A DNA stretch of 64,000 nt, taken from contig CM120642.1 of NCBI GenBank assembly GCA_051362555.1, forward strand, positions 5,828,001 through 5,892,000, given 5' to 3'. Below the pieces are notes generated by a model that ran no database searches, was not told the origin of the DNA, and saw only the letters and a list, made by a program, of their open reading frames with translations. Below, piece after piece: positions 13,901-27,432 of this stretch. Position 1 is the first letter of the stretch. The number at the start of each line of letters is the position of its first letter. This DNA is from Lingula anatina. Its lineage: Eukaryota; Animalia; Brachiopoda. The position numbers and the translations under genes were made by a program.

Positions 13901-16900
13901 TTTCTAGGAGAAATGGCAGAAGGAAGCCTTTGAATCCCTCCTGCTCCAGAAGGATTCAAAGCACCAGAGAATATCCAGTCAGATAGAACTGATTGAGAGA
14001 GAGCTCATGCAGATGACACTGGTAGAAATGGAGAGAAGAGATGTCAGAATAGATTCTGAAAAGGTAATAAATTGGGATTGTTGTTGTAAGAAGCTGTTTT
14101 TTACATGTGTATATCTGAATATTTTTGGATACCAAAAAGTAATGAATAAATAAATAGGTAAAGAAATAAAAGTTGTTAAAACTCTCATTGCACTTGTTAG
14201 TCCTGAAATGGATTCAAAAGCTGCCATTTATTTGCCATGCATACTTTGTCCAAATCAGTAGATTGAACATTCATAAGCATATACTTATAGATTAAGAAAT
14301 AGATCCATTTGTGCCAAATATTTTTACTTTTACACTTAAAATTTAACATAAGTGCAATTCATATTAGTGCCAACAATCATTTGGATGTCTCTGGATTAAT
14401 TTTCCATCTGATCATGAAGATGCTGACAAAAAACTTCTTATTAAACATTTCTTGGTGATCTCTATTATGTTAGTAATTTATCTTTCGTCATAGAACATGC
14501 TGACAGAGAAGAGACAGGAACTGAGCAAGATGCTAGTTCAGTTAATTGAAGAAAAGGAACACAGGGAAGAACAAATTAAGAACAGATTGGTAAATATGTT
14601 TGTTTATCTGTATATCAATATTTTGCTGTACTTTGAAAATTTTGTTATAAAAATGGACGGACTTAAGACAATATACAATATCCAAATGTGCGTGCATACA
14701 TGTGGGTGTGCGTGTGCACACACACACACACAGGGAGACTGCTTCACTTTAATTCATTTAAATCCATGTACATTTATTAAAAATTTTTCTGGTTGTGTTT
14801 CTACCATAAGCAGCCCTCAGACTCATGGGTTATAAGACCACCAATTTACGACCAAAAATGATATCTGACTTGTACCAATTTGAAAAATAAATAAGAAAAT
14901 TTCTAAATGAAAATTCCAGCTTGAAATGGAGCAGGCCAAGCTGGATAACCAGATGGACTACTGGCTGGTTCAGTACCAGAGACTCATGGACAGGAAGCCT
15001 GATGCTCTCATCAACCAGGTTAGTAGACACCTGTATGACAACATGTGGAATCTGGAAGGTTATTGATTGAGATACATATGTGGGGTGGTAAAAAAATCAA
15101 AAGACAAAAAGATGGAAAAGAATGAAAAAGGAAGTGGGAGGGATAAAGGAGAGATGAAAAAGGGGATAGAAGGAAGAAAGGACGCAAAAAAGATTAAAAG
15201 AAAGAGGAAGAATTTACTAGGAAGGATGGATAAAAGGAGATATTGGGGGAAGCAAAAAAAACTGGTTAAGACTACAGTGTATTTCAATAGCATTTCAGGC
15301 TAGTTTGTGAAGGTTTTCAACAGACTAAACCTCACCTGGTGTCTTTCTTGTTTATTTTCTTGAGGAGATCCAGCTAGAATACGCAGTGGAGAACATATTG
15401 AGGGAGGCCAATGCCAGCGACTACATCCCCCTGTTTGCACGTCATCGTATAAGTATTGAAACCATGGAGATATTGACCGAGGAAGACATGTGCAAGGTAT
15501 TTATCAATAATGAGACATTTCTGACTATCAGCATATATTCTCGACTTTTTGGAAGCCAAAAATATGATTTTTGAGATCAATGCATTGGGCCACATTTTCA
15601 GACTTTTTATGTACAGACACAGATGTGTCTGTACATATAGCCATCATCTGCGTCTGTCGTCGCCGTCGCCGTCGTCGCCGTGCACTTTTACCGATAACAC
15701 GATAAGTGGAAAACTGTTTTTTCTTTTGGCTTGAAACTTACAGAACTGATGAATATTCGTAATACGCAGGTCAAGTTCGAAAATCAGCATGATCGGGTCA
15801 CTTATAGGGAATTTATGCTGTTTTTTCACTTTTTTCAGCATATATGCAGCACCGATAACATGATAAGTGGAAAATCATTTTACCTTTTGGCTTGAAACTT
15901 ACAGAACTGATGAACATTCATAATACACAGGTCAAGTTCGAAAATCAGCATGATCGGGTCACTTATAGGGAATTTATGCTGTTTTTTCTCTTTTTTCAGC
16001 ATATATGCAGCACCGATAACACGATAAGTGGAAAACCATTTTACCTTTTGGCTTGAAACTTACAAAACTGATGAATATTCGTAATACTCAGGTCAAGTTC
16101 GAAAATCAGCATGATCGGGTCACTTATAGGGAATTTATGCTGTTTTTTCACTTCTTTCAACATATATGCAACGCTAATAACACAATATAAGAAAAACAGA
16201 TAGGCCAATTGTCATTATACTCACAGGAGTAGTCAAACTAACTAAAACGCAGGTTGAGTTCCAAAATCAGCATAATCGGGCCATTCTTTTAGAAGTTATG
16301 CTGTTTTTTCACATTTCCTCAGATTCAATTGTTAGGCATATTAACAGTCTCATTATTGAACTAATAAGATACGTAAAAGTGTTTGTTTGACATTTCCTGC
16401 ATCTTAATAACATTGTTAGTTGATTATGTAAAAATGATGGTAAACTTGTTATTGTGTATTATGTTATAAAGTGTCAAAAATGGAAATAAACAAATATCAT
16501 TGCAGTTTGTCAGATTCAATCATCTACTATATTCATTATCTCAGAATGGAGGAAATTGGACATTTAACACTCTTCTATTGATATTTTTCCCATCTCATCA
16601 ATTTTCTTAGTTGATCATATACAAATGGTAGAAAACTGTTTATTTTGTTTTATGTTAAAAAAGTGTTTTAAAAATGGAAGTAAACCCATTGCAGAACAGG
16701 TCTGTCTTGTTTCAGCATATATGCAGCACCGATAACACGATAAGTGGAAAACCATTTTACCTTTTCCCTTGAAACTTACAAAACTTATGAATATTCATAA
16801 TACGCAGGTCAAGTTCGAAAATCAGCATGATCGGGTCATTTTTAGGGAAGTTATGCTGTTTTTCACTTTTTTCACCCTATATGCAACACTGATAACATGA

Positions 16901-19900
16901 TAAGTGAAAAATCATTTTACCTTTGGCTTGAAACTTGCAGAACTAATGAATATTCATATTACGCAGGTCAAGTTTGAAAATCAGCATGATCGGGTCATTT
17001 TTAGGGTAGTTATGCTGTTTTTTCACTTTTTTCAGCATATATGCAGCACCGATAACACGATAAGTGGAAAACCATTTTACCTTTTGGTTTCAAACTTACA
17101 GAACTGATGAATATTCATAATACGCAGGTCAAATTCAAAAATCAGCATGATCGGGTCACTTATAGGGAATTTATGCGTTTTTTTTCACTTTTTTCAGCAT
17201 ATATGCAGCACCGATAACACGATAAGTGGAAAAGCATTTTACCTTTTGGCTTGAAACTTACAGAACTGATGAATATTCATAATACGCAGGTCAAGTTCGA
17301 AAATCAGAGTGATTGGGCCATATTTGTAGAAGTTGTGCTATTTTTTTCATTTTTTTCAGCATAAATGCAACACCGATAACACGATAAGTGAAAAACCGTT
17401 TTACCCTTTGTCTTGAAATTTACTGTAATGATGAATATTCATAATACGCAGGTCAAGTTTGAAAATCAGCCTGATCAGGCCATTTTTATGGAAGTTCTGC
17501 TGTTTTTTCACTATTTCAGCATATGTGCAACACTGATAACACATTTCAAGGAAAATCAATTGGCCAATCGTCTTGAAATTCACAGGGGTGATCAGATTTA
17601 CTAAAATACAGATGAGGTTCGAAAATAAGCTTGATCGGTTCAGTTTTGGTGAAATTGTGCCTTTTTTTGTATATAAGTCTTTTTTCCTCGGATTTAATTC
17701 ATAGGCATGTTAAGAATCTCATTTGTGAACTAATTAGTAATGTAAAGATGTTCTTTTGACATTTTCTGCATCTTAACAATATTGTTAGTTGATTATATAA
17801 AAATGATGGTAAACCTGTTATTGTGCATTGTGTAATAAAGTGTCAAAAATGGAAATAAACTCATATCTTTACAGGTTGTCAGATTCAATCATTCACCATG
17901 TTCAGAATCTCAGAATGGAACAAATTGGACATTTAAAATTGTTCTATTGATATTTTTCCTATGTCAACAACTTTCTTAGTTGATCATTTAAAAACGACAG
18001 TAAATTGATTATTTTGATATATATATATGTAAAAAAAAGTGTTGAAAGTGGAAAGAAATTCATTTCAGTACAGTTATCTCTTGTGTACATTTTGGCATTT
18101 TGAAGTAGTGACTCTGAACTTCCATGGCCCTGAAGACCTTTCCATATCAATTTTTCTGAATATCCATGATACTTTTATTTTATTATTAAAAATTGATGGT
18201 CATTATGCTGTTAAGCATTATAGTTTTTTTGTTACAATTAAAATTTTCACATATGGACATTTTCAAGGTGTGACTTAGTCTTTGAACTTCCATTGGCTTG
18301 AATACCATTGCTAGTCACATCTTTTGAATAGCTGTGATACATTTACTTTATTATTAAAAATTGATGACCATTGTGCTGTTAAGCATTATGTTAAATTGCA
18401 TAAAAGATGAAAAAACCCCTTTTTTGGACATCGCTGCTGGGATGACCATTAAGGAAAAACCATTTTACTTATGATATTCTAACTTACTGAAAAGTTTCAT
18501 AGGACTGAAGTGTAGCTTGTGTTGGAAATCAGTGTGATTGTTTTCTGTTTTGGAGGCAATGCAGCTCTATGGAGTGCTATATGGGGCTACTGTTTATGGA
18601 TGGTGGTAATTGTCCCTTGGGATAATCACTAGCTAAATTCAGAGCTATAAAATTACTTGCCTAATTGATTTTCAAGTGCCCATTAAATAAGATTACATAA
18701 AACACACGTTGAGATTTCCCATTCAAGTCTTATAGGTTAAGCTCTCTTAACTGTGTCACATAATTAGGAATTGGTGATAATTATGCAGGTAAATGTTGTT
18801 TAATATTGCAAATAAGTTAACAAAAAAAAAAAATTTGTGTAATGCCAACATTAATGCTATAGATGAATAACAGTGCCTTATTATCCTCAAACACATTGGG
18901 ATTATTTATATCATGTTAATACAGCAAGATTAAAAGTTTGAATAGCAGCTTTATTGGATTTTTTTTTTTTTTTTTTTTTTTTTGTGTGTTTTCTTTTTAA
19001 TTTTTTTCTAAACACTGGCATTTTCAACTGAAGCTCTTCAGATTTTCTGTATTTCCACATAAGCAGTTGCATAGGTTTTTATGTCTTTAAACAATATGTA
19101 ATATTATTTTATGCACTGTCAACATTTTTCAAATATTGGGATTTTCATAATGTGAATTTGAACTCTCATAGTCCAGAAACTGTTATCTAATTGCAGGGGT
19201 GGATTGAGGCCGTCTTCTGGGTCTTTCAGATGACGGTCAGATTTTAAAGTTTACATTGACTGGTATCAATTTTTTTCTGTTGGAAGACCATCAAAAGTGT
19301 AGGATGGATCAACAAATATAATTTGGAATACTGTCAGAAAATACCTCTGGATCTGCTCCTGTTATTGAGCATGTTACCTGTTATGCATGATTAAAATTCA
19401 GTGTTGATTGACAGTGCTATTATAAGCATTATTTATTACTGCATCAAAATTGACAAAATGACCCATTTTCTATAGGTTAAGCTCTCTTAACTGTGTCACA
19501 TAATTAGGAATTGGTGATAATTATGCAGGTAAATGTTGTTTAATAATGCAAATAAGTTTACAAAAGAAAAAAATTTGTGTAATGCCAACATTAATGCTAT
19601 AGATGAATAACAGTGCCTTATTATCCTCAAACACATTGGGGTTATTCATATCATGTTAATAAAGCAAGATTAAAAGTTTGAATAGCAGCTTTTTTGGAAT
19701 TTTTTTTTGTGTGTGTGTTTTCTTTTTAATTTTTTTTCTAAACACTGGCATTTGCAACTCCCATCCACCTGAAGCTCTTCAGATTTTCTGTATTTCCACA
19801 TAAGCAGTTGCATAGGTTTTTATGTCTTTAAACATTATGTAATATTATTCTATGCACTGTCAACATTTTTCAAATATTGGGATTTTCATTATGTGAATTT

Positions 19901-21686
19901 GAACTCTCATAGTCCAGAAACTGTAATCTTATTGCAGGGGTGGATTGAGGCCGTCTTCTGGGTCTTTCAGATGACGGTCAGATTTTAAAGTTTACATTGA
20001 CTGGTATCAATTTTTTTCTGTTGGAAGACCATCAAAAGTGTAGGATGGATCAACAAAGATGCTTTTGGAATACTGTCAGAAAATATCTCTGGATCTGCTC
20101 CTGTTATTGACCATGTTACCTGTTGTGCATGATTAAAAATCAGTGTTAACTGACTGTGTTATTATAAGCATTATTTATTATTGCATCAAAATTGACAAAA
20201 TGACCTCTTTTGCATCTTTATTTTCTGTTTTTTGTCTGTACATTTGACAGCTTTGCTGCCTTGTTCAATAAATGGCAGTCTCAGCTCTGTTTTATGCACG
20301 TGTCTAGTCTGAACCTGAAATCTTTCAGCTTGCTGTCCTCCCAGACTGGTTGGTCTCTTGTCCAATTGAAAAATAACCAGTCCAAAGATAAAATTTATCC
20401 ATAATCAAAGAATAATCTAAAACAACCACTTAATTTCCACCAATTCAGTGGCTAATAGTAATTTTGGAAATCATTTTTTTTTCTTCAAGATATTTGGGGA
20501 AAAAAACAGCTTATAATGACTTACAAATGTTTTATAGATGGGTGTAACTGAGCTAGGCATAAGAAAAGCTATAATAAAGGCAATTCAGGAATATCAAGAT
20601 GAACAACAACGGGCAGCAAAGAAGACAAAAGACATTGAAAAGACTAAAGATGCAGAGCCGTCAGAGTCACAAGAGGTATGCAGAATTATGAGAATTTCAT
20701 TTGTAGAACTTCAGACATATTCCAAAAAACAGGATTTGTCCGTTTTTTTCACACACTTACACATTTTTGTCAGAATGTATTGTTATAACCTGTGTTCGTC
20801 CGTCTGTGTTGATGGAGTATGAAAAACTGACATTTTTTGTATTTTACCATTTATTGAAGATGTAAGATGCTGAAAATATAATTCACTAGCCATTGGAATT
20901 TTATTTTACTTCAAATAGTGAATACCAAATATAAACTATCAAACTGGAAATTTTTCATGTGAATTATAACTGTCAGGTATTTATTTTTTGTGAAATAAGT
21001 ACATAATCTTGAAATTTCACTGATGAATAGCTTGTTGTAATTTTTAACACCATTGTGTTTTTATTACGTTTTATCTTGTCACCAGGCTGATGCAGCTATA
21101 GCGCCCCCTAGTGCAGGAGTTACCCCCTCAGCGCCCCCTGTGACAGAACTTATCGCCAGGGTTACAAGTGACTGTGTTGTCTGTATGGACAGTAGAGTAG
21201 GTTCTGTGTTTATTTTAAAGCTATATATTAAATACTGCACTGTATGCATGATCACCAGGGTTAAAAATGTGATGTTTATTTTCAGAAATTGTCCTTCAGT
21301 AATGAAAAGAATATTTAATATATTGGGTATGCTTTCATTTTGGCAAACATTGCTGAGATCTCATGTTTCAAATAAGTAGATTAACTTTTTTTAAATCATT
21401 CAATAATATTAGGAGAAAGTTATGATAATTATTTTCTGATGATTGAAAATTATTAAAACTGAAAAAGTTAAACCATTGGACTTTATTTATGATTAAAATT
21501 TGATGTAAATAACTAATAATATTTTTTATTATTTACATGAAATGTCACTCATCTATTTTCCAGTCGGAGATGATTTTCATGAACTGTGGTCATGTCTGCT
21601 GCTGCAAGACCTGCTCAGAGAGCTTACCAGACTGTCCTCTGTGTAGACAGAAAATAGTACAGAAAATAAGGCTCACACAAGGTTGA
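3776..21686 (+). CDS. LRSAM1: E3 ubiquitin-protein ligase LRSAM1 (LRR - coiled coil - SAM - PSAP - RING), ~725 aa
   Basis: 23 phase-consistent exons: 3776-3838, 4641-4694, 5770-5814, 6081-6155, 6513-6581, 6993-7077, 7483-7647, 8171-8218, 8596-8717, 10374-10403, 11078-11200, 11593-11680, 12177-12273, 12558-12628, 12970-13069, 13453-13540, 13908-14063, 14494-14589, 14920-15018, 15365-15496, 20538-20675, 21086-21196, 21564-21686. Diagnostic pieces: N-terminus MPFFKK...RKLEHKLYLAKE, LRRs (VLDLHDNEFSSLPEEIGELQNL), DYWLVQYQRLMDRKP, SAM (YIPLFARHRI...MGVTELGIRKAI), PSAP motif and C-terminal RING CVVC...CGHVCCCKTC...CPLCR. Confidence 0.95.
4869..4912. repeat. (GA)n microsatellite
   Basis: Direct reading of the sequence. 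Confidence 0.95.
4975..5641. mobile_element. MITE with 75-bp terminal inverted repeats in an LRSAM1 intron (hAT- or Mutator-like)
   Basis: 4975-5049 (ACCCTGAGCTTCAGAGATAACTTGACAC...TACCTCTGA) is the reverse complement of 5566-5640. The direct repeat ACCCTGCCC at 4966-4974 and 5642-5650 gives an 8-9 bp TSD. No coding capacity. Confidence 0.9.
15690..17640. repeat. ~161-bp tandem repeat arrays (about 3 units at 15690-16190 and 5-6 units at 16712-17640)
   Basis: Unit ACCGATAACACGATAAGTGGAAAACCATTTTACC...CAGGTCAAGTTCGAAAATCAGCATGATCGGGTC...CAGCATATATGCAGC recurs at ~15690, 15851, 16012, 16728, 17048, 17210 and 17372. Confidence 0.9.
18731..20210. repeat. ~740-bp tandem duplication; each copy contains a small CAGGGG...CCTG hAT-like MITE remnant
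   Basis: TATAGGTTAAGCTCTCTTAACTGTGTCACATAATTAGG starts at both 18731 and 19471, and the copies stay near-identical. The MITE in copy 2 (19935-20103) is flanked by TTATTG on both sides. Confidence 0.85.
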
Positions 21687-23950
21687 ACTGAACCAAATAA
21701 ACACTTAATAGATACTGGTAAAGCACGAGTCACAGAACTTTACAGGAAATACATGAGATAGTTGGTAGGGTAAAGTCATGCCAGATAACTCTTATTTTGC
21801 AAAAAAGCTCTGTGTATCGAGTGCTTTATTTGACTTAAACCACTTCATTAATGGAATGCAATAGTGTCTCTTCTCTACATGGAATAAAGCACAACTTAAA
21901 AATTGTTTTCTGTGTGATTTCTATTCGAATCCATGTTAAAAGTATGTGTGACTGTCTGGATGACTTAGGCATTGTTGATAATGAACTTGCTAACTTTTAA
22001 GACTTACAGATTTTAGTTCAGAGAAATGGTGAAAGAATGCTCAACTTTCACCTGTGATTATGAAACCGCATTTGCAGAAAATGTTCTTTTTTTTTTCTTT
22101 TTTTTTATGGAGTTACAGAGATAATTGACAAGATACCATTTATTTATATATGTATATATATCCAGTAGCTTTATTTTCTAATCCATGTCATTTTTTTTAA
22201 GAGTCATCATTGGGCCATGCATGTTTTTTCTTTTTATTTATTTATTGTAATCATTTTCTCACCATGTTTGCATACTTAAAATATGTTGTGAGTTTTCAGA
22301 GTATGGTCATGTTTAATGAAGTGTTCTCATTTTGTATAATTTTGATAACTCATTAGTCAGAATTTTAACACTGCCTCTTAAATATGAGCTTAATTTGGAG
22401 ATATATTTAATTTAGCCGTCTTTTTATATACTGCCTCTGTATTTTAACAGGGACATTATTTCCTGGACAAAAATCACTTGATTTTTGTCAGCCTAAATGT
22501 TTATATGTGTAGCAACTGTGCCACTTGCTCACTTAATGATGAAGGATAGTATAACCTAGATGCAAAAAAAGTTGGCAATTCTCTCAGTAAATGCAGGTAT
22601 GCCTAATATAAAGTTGTGTATGTCGAAGTGGTCTGTTGGTAAATCAAAATGGGAGAAAAATGTGGGACCATAAATGATTTTCCTGTCAGTTGTTGACATT
22701 GGGTTGGAGTATAACAGAAAATGGAGATGGGGAGTTGGGGGGTGGGGTGCTTCTGGGTATTGGTCCTTCTGTCTAGTGATGCTTTGAATTTTCAGTAACA
22801 TGTAGCTAAGCATACACAGAATACATTGTTTAAAACATTATTCAAGAGCCAATTGGTTGAGGTTGTCATTAAAATAATATCAAACTGTTGGTTCATCAGC
22901 AGCCAGAACTCAATTATTGTCACAAAGCTTTTATAGCATATAATCCTTCATCTTTTAAGAATGTAGTAGGCAGTACATATAATTAAGACCTGTATAAAAT
23001 TTAATTATAGTAGCTTAAAGTGGTGAATCATTCATGCCTTGTCCTTATTTTAGACCATCTAGTAAGATTATTTTAATACCCATTTTTCAAGGTTAAGATT
23101 TTTGTATTGAAAAAAAAGTTTTTTATTTTAAATAAGAGCGGTATTGATATTTATCTGTTTGTATGATAAATAGATTTGGCAGATTGTTTGCCTAGGGTAA
23201 AAATATGTATGAAAGTGTTGTGGACAGTTTTAACAAAAATGAGAGAAATAGATGTTGAAAACACTTCGCAGTCATTGTGGTTACTGTATATAATGTAAAT
23301 TGAGATGCTTGTGCTTGCTACATGTATAGTTAACACTTTTTGTGATATTTTAATAATTAAGTAAGTTGGCCATTTTAAGGTCTTTTTATGAAGATTAAAC
23401 TTTTGAATGTGTGATAGTATTAGGTACTAGTATACTATAAGCCAAAAGATATTTAAGTTATATGTATTGGAATATTAAAAGATGGTGTGGCGTAGCTGTC
23501 AACAATATAGACTCAGAACCAGATATACAGTATGCTTTTTCAATTTTGTTTTGAAGAAGCAGCTCTACGATTTGCAATCATTTCTTTTATACTGCAGGAG
23601 GATCTTTATATTATGTTAGCCACTGCAGTTTATTTAAGTCCCTTTAACAATTTCTTAGCCTTAAATGTGACTTTTAAGTAATTTTAAGTAACTTGAATTC
23701 TTAAGTGTTAGTTAAACTGATTTCAGGGGAACTCCATTTTACTAAAAAATCAATATTTTGGTTTACGCATGATGTTAAGGGCCATTCTGAGAGGGCAGGG
23801 AGAGAGGGTATCTTTTCATGTGTACTATGGTTGCCACGGCCTGTAAAGAAAAATACAAGTTTGTAAATAATTCATGACCATGACATACCCTGGATGTGAT
23901 TATGTTTAGAATTCATAGTAAATAAACGGTCTTTACTTGTATATACGCCT

Positions 23951-24028
23951 TTGATGAATATTTTTAGTGATAAAGTTGATGAATATTATTAGTGATAAAG
24001 TTGATGAATATTATTAGTGATAAAGTTG
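23951..24028. repeat. 25-bp minisatellite x3
   Basis: TTGATGAATATTATTAGTGATAAAG at 23951, 23976 and 24001. Confidence 0.9.
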
Positions 24029-24604
24029 GGATTCTGTTTTGGAGTTGGGTGCATATAACGTGTCTTTCATAATAATTCAATTTTCAACACTGGGAACGGA
24101 ATTTTGACTTGAAAACGAGCAGTGCTTGTGCTTGCATGGTTTTTAAACGTGTTAAAACACGTGTTATTCAAATCCAGAAAAGTAAACCCATGGCCTGGTA
24201 GATGAGGCACACTGTGAAATAGCACTCTACAAAGGTTAACCTATACAAAAGGCCAGAAAAAGTAGCCTCTTGGACTGAAAATTATTTGAAACTACAAGTC
24301 GAACAAGATGACTGAAAAACTGGAGAAAATTATTTAATCTTTCAATATATATATCAAATGATTACAAAAAAGGAAAGAGCAAACTATCGAAGGAAAGTGT
24401 GGATAATTTTAGTGTCCTCGTGAAATTAATAAACTATCAGTATTTGACAGTCATAAATCTAGCACGAAGACCCATGCATTAGCATTCCTATTGTCGTCTT
24501 TTGATATTGAATGAATTCATAAAAAAGAAACGTACATGTAAATAAGAATTATAAATCTTCAGCATGATATTTTTAGCACAAATCAAAAGATAGTAAGTCT
24601 TAGA

Positions 24605-27432
24605 TCAACCCAAGATGCCCTTTATGATAACAAAGCTATCCGGCGATTTATTAGCAGGTTTGACAGGAATTTTTCTCTTATCAATTTCACCTGACTGACC
24701 CTCGGACGGATTTTGAGGTTGCTGTGGTTGATTGGACGCAATTGGTTGCTTGGGTTGCTCCGGATTGGTTGCGGTTCTATGTTCGGGCAACCCCGGCTTG
24801 TCTGGCTGTCCGGGAACAACCGGCTTTTCTGGCTGCTCGGGAGCAATCGGTTTTCCTGGCTGTTCGGGAGCAATCGGTTTTTCTGGCTGTCCAGGAGCAA
24901 CCGGCTTTTCTGGCTGTCCAGGAGCAACCGGCTTTTCTGGCTGTCCGGGAGCAACCGGCTTTTCTGGCTGTCCGGGAGCAACCGGCTTTTCTGGCTGTTC
25001 GGGAGCAACCGGCTTTTCTGGCTGTTCGGGCAACCCTGGCTTGTTTGGCTGTCCGGGAGCAGTCGGCATTTCATGCCCAGGGTCGGCAGGTTTTGTAGGC
25101 TTTCTGGGCGTCTTCGGCTGCAGGTTGTGTTGCCAACCTATCACTGGAATATCCCTAACCCTGGCAAATATTCCCAGACCGACGCTGACAGGTTTCCTTT
25201 CTTTTGCTTTTTCTGTAAAAGTTTGAAGAAATTAGCACAAAATGAAAGCATTCCAGTTTTGAAAATCAACGCCCTTCTGCCGACTTGAAAATAAATTATG
25301 ACGTATGCATAACACTCAAATGTCGCAAATACTTATATTACTTTTTTTTCATAATTATATGGACAGATTAATAAAAAAAAGTTATAGCAAGTGCCACTTA
25401 AGGCTTTTAATGACTTTGCAAATACAGTAGTTAGCGTAAATAAAAGCCGGTAAGAATACAAACTAACTTAACTAGATCACGGAGAATTTATGGCGTTACC
25501 ATCTACAAATGTTTTGCAGATTTATTATATTTAATACCTGGAACAAATTGTCCCGTTTCCTTTGTTCTTTGCGGTTTCTCTGCTGGTAAATCATTGGGTG
25601 ACGCATTGGGTGGAATATCATGACCTATTGTAATAAAACAAAAATGAATACATATGAAGATATATAACTGAAATGTTAATGAAACGAAGCCACGGTGGCC
25701 CTGATGTGGTCTTTATTGTAGCTTATAAGTTGAGCAGGTTCATATAGCTGTGTTTTAAACTTAAAACAACAGTCGTTAATCATTGTTTGCTAAAACATCT
25801 ATGCTGTTACCAAGTCCAAGTCTAGTTTTATGCCATTTCTTAAGTTTGGTACAAATGTACTGGTACACTCATTCAGAAAAGGAACCCTCACTTTGAAAAT
25901 ACAACCCACACATCGTCAAAGTCAAAAGTAATTTTATTAATGAGATCAATTTCTTGTTTTAAAAGTTTATCTGAAATATCTATGTAAATAATAAGTACCT
26001 GGTTCCGGGTGCTGGCCCCTGTTGGCTTCTTTTGGGGGCGGAGCTAATTCGTTCAACCGTCCAATGGTTATGACGGGGCTGCGTACAGTACCCGGTGCAA
26101 GGGCTTTAACTAGGGGTAAACAACGCAAAAAATTTTACGGAAATCGTCTATATGCAGTAACTTATCTACAAAACGTCGGTTTAGATATACGTCACACATG
26201 TATACACTTCAATTTTACGATTTCTCAGACAGTCAGAACAACTTACTTACACAATTAGAGAGCTAAAAAAACTCTGTAAACATTAATTTCACTACAGTAC
26301 ATGTACCAACCAGGACCATAAGTTGCACCGTGTAAACGCGCCTCGCCTGACACAGCACACGTGTCCCTGGGGACACAGCCTACTACGCCCTCTCTCGCAG
26401 GGGAGCATACCGACCCCCAAGGACAAGTAAGGACCGCAGGAGTGAGGCCTTGTTCCTGATAACCCAGGGGGCACACAGAATAAGCAGCAGACTCACAGGG
26501 TGTGGCACAGGACATCCCGACTCCCACGTCGGAGCAGCTGTCGGCAACTGAAACCATAAGTTCAAGTCAAGGTCACAGAGTCTGTATTTCTCGTGCCTGG
26601 GTCCAGCTTAGTCGGCTGAACTCGGATAGCCTACTACCTGACGACAGCTTATATGTGACGTCAGTATTTGGGCGTTTTATGAACGATTGGACCACAATAA
26701 AAGAAGTTTACATTAATAAATGTGCTATTGTTACCACTTAAAACTTTTTACCAATTTACTCCAAGTTTAGGTTCAAAAATCGAAAGCAAAAAGAAACAGG
26801 TAAGGGACCTTCCTATGTATTTTGCAAAGCACAGCTCAAGCTGCTGGGATCCAAAACTAAGTCGTTTTTATGGAACTGGCTTTAGTCCGTTTCACAGAGT
26901 GAGGAATATTAGGCCTACCCACTTCAGAGGAGGTTTGAAGAAAAATGATGAAAAAAAACAGGCCAACCGATTACATGCCGTATAAATACAATGTATGGAC
27001 GCAGGGGAAGACGCATTTTACTGATGTGATAATTAAGAATTACTTGCCTTTGATTCCGTTCCCAATGAGGTAGTTGAGTGATCTCGCGTTCGGGAATAGA
27101 GCTGACCGTGCCGCGTACATCACCATGGCCAACGCAATGACAACCAAACACAGAATCAGCATCGCACAGCAAGCACCAACATTGTTCCTCGGCCATCTTC
27201 CTCTCTTCTCACCGAGTCCAGCACTGGCGTTCTTCTCCGTGTCTACTCGGACTTTGAGGCATTTTTGACTGCGAGAGGCTGAGGGCGCCGTGCAAGTACA
27301 GGTGCCGGGCTGGCAGGTGCACAAACGCGCTGCAGATTTGATGAGATTTTGCTCCTGAGCCTTCGAAAGGATTTCTGCCAACTCGCCAGTGCGTACTACA
27401 CCACTTTTTGAATCTATAAGATAGTACGCCAT
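24605..27432 (-). CDS. Type-II membrane protein with an 8-Cys chitin-binding-type-2-like module and a Pro/Glu/Lys 9-aa repeat tail (~481 aa)
   Basis: Exons 27048-27432 (ATG in AAAATGG; TM ACCAMLILCLVVIALAMVMYAA; GC donor AAG|GCAAGT), 26293-26547 (SCSDVGVGMSCATPCESAAYSVCPLGYQEQGLTPAVLTCPWGSVCSPAREGVVGCVPRDTC), 25999-26109, 25538-25624 and 24605-25212 ((PGQPEKPVA)n). All junctions are phase 1 and the frame stays open. TATA-like ATATAAA at ~27516-27522. Confidence 0.8.
24770..25060 (-). repeat. 27-nt coding tandem repeat (PGQPEKPVA)n
   Basis: Unit GGCTTTTCTGGCTGTCCGGGAGCAACC repeated about 10 times. Confidence 0.9.

Larger units (their letters stand above)
15604..20265 (+). mobile_element. Non-autonomous helentron/HINE (DINE-1/pearl-like) element with internal tandem arrays
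   Basis: 5' end: TTTTT, hairpin ATGTACAGACAC..GTGTCTGTACAT (15609-15636), then a (GTC/GCC)n microsatellite. Centre: 161-bp arrays. 3' end: subterminal repeat TGTCTGTACAT (20233-20243), short palindrome GACAGC-TTT-GCTGCC and TTGTT. Confidence 0.7.

Noticed and set aside
15060-15303. Lys/Arg-rich and Phe/Leu-rich ORFs in the LRSAM1 intron
   Set aside because: Translation of a purine-rich low-complexity intronic tract; the flanking LRSAM1 exons join in phase without it.
15690-17640. Regular repeats resembling a CRISPR array
   Set aside because: The units are contiguous ~161-bp monomers without unique spacers, inside a spliceosomal intron, and there are no cas genes.
24622-25288. Overlapping ORFs in other frames, including a collagen-like (GFSGCPGAT)n and an RLFWL repeat
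   Set aside because: A stop-free 27-nt repeat leaves several frames open. Only the PGQPEKPVA frame joins the upstream exons in phase.
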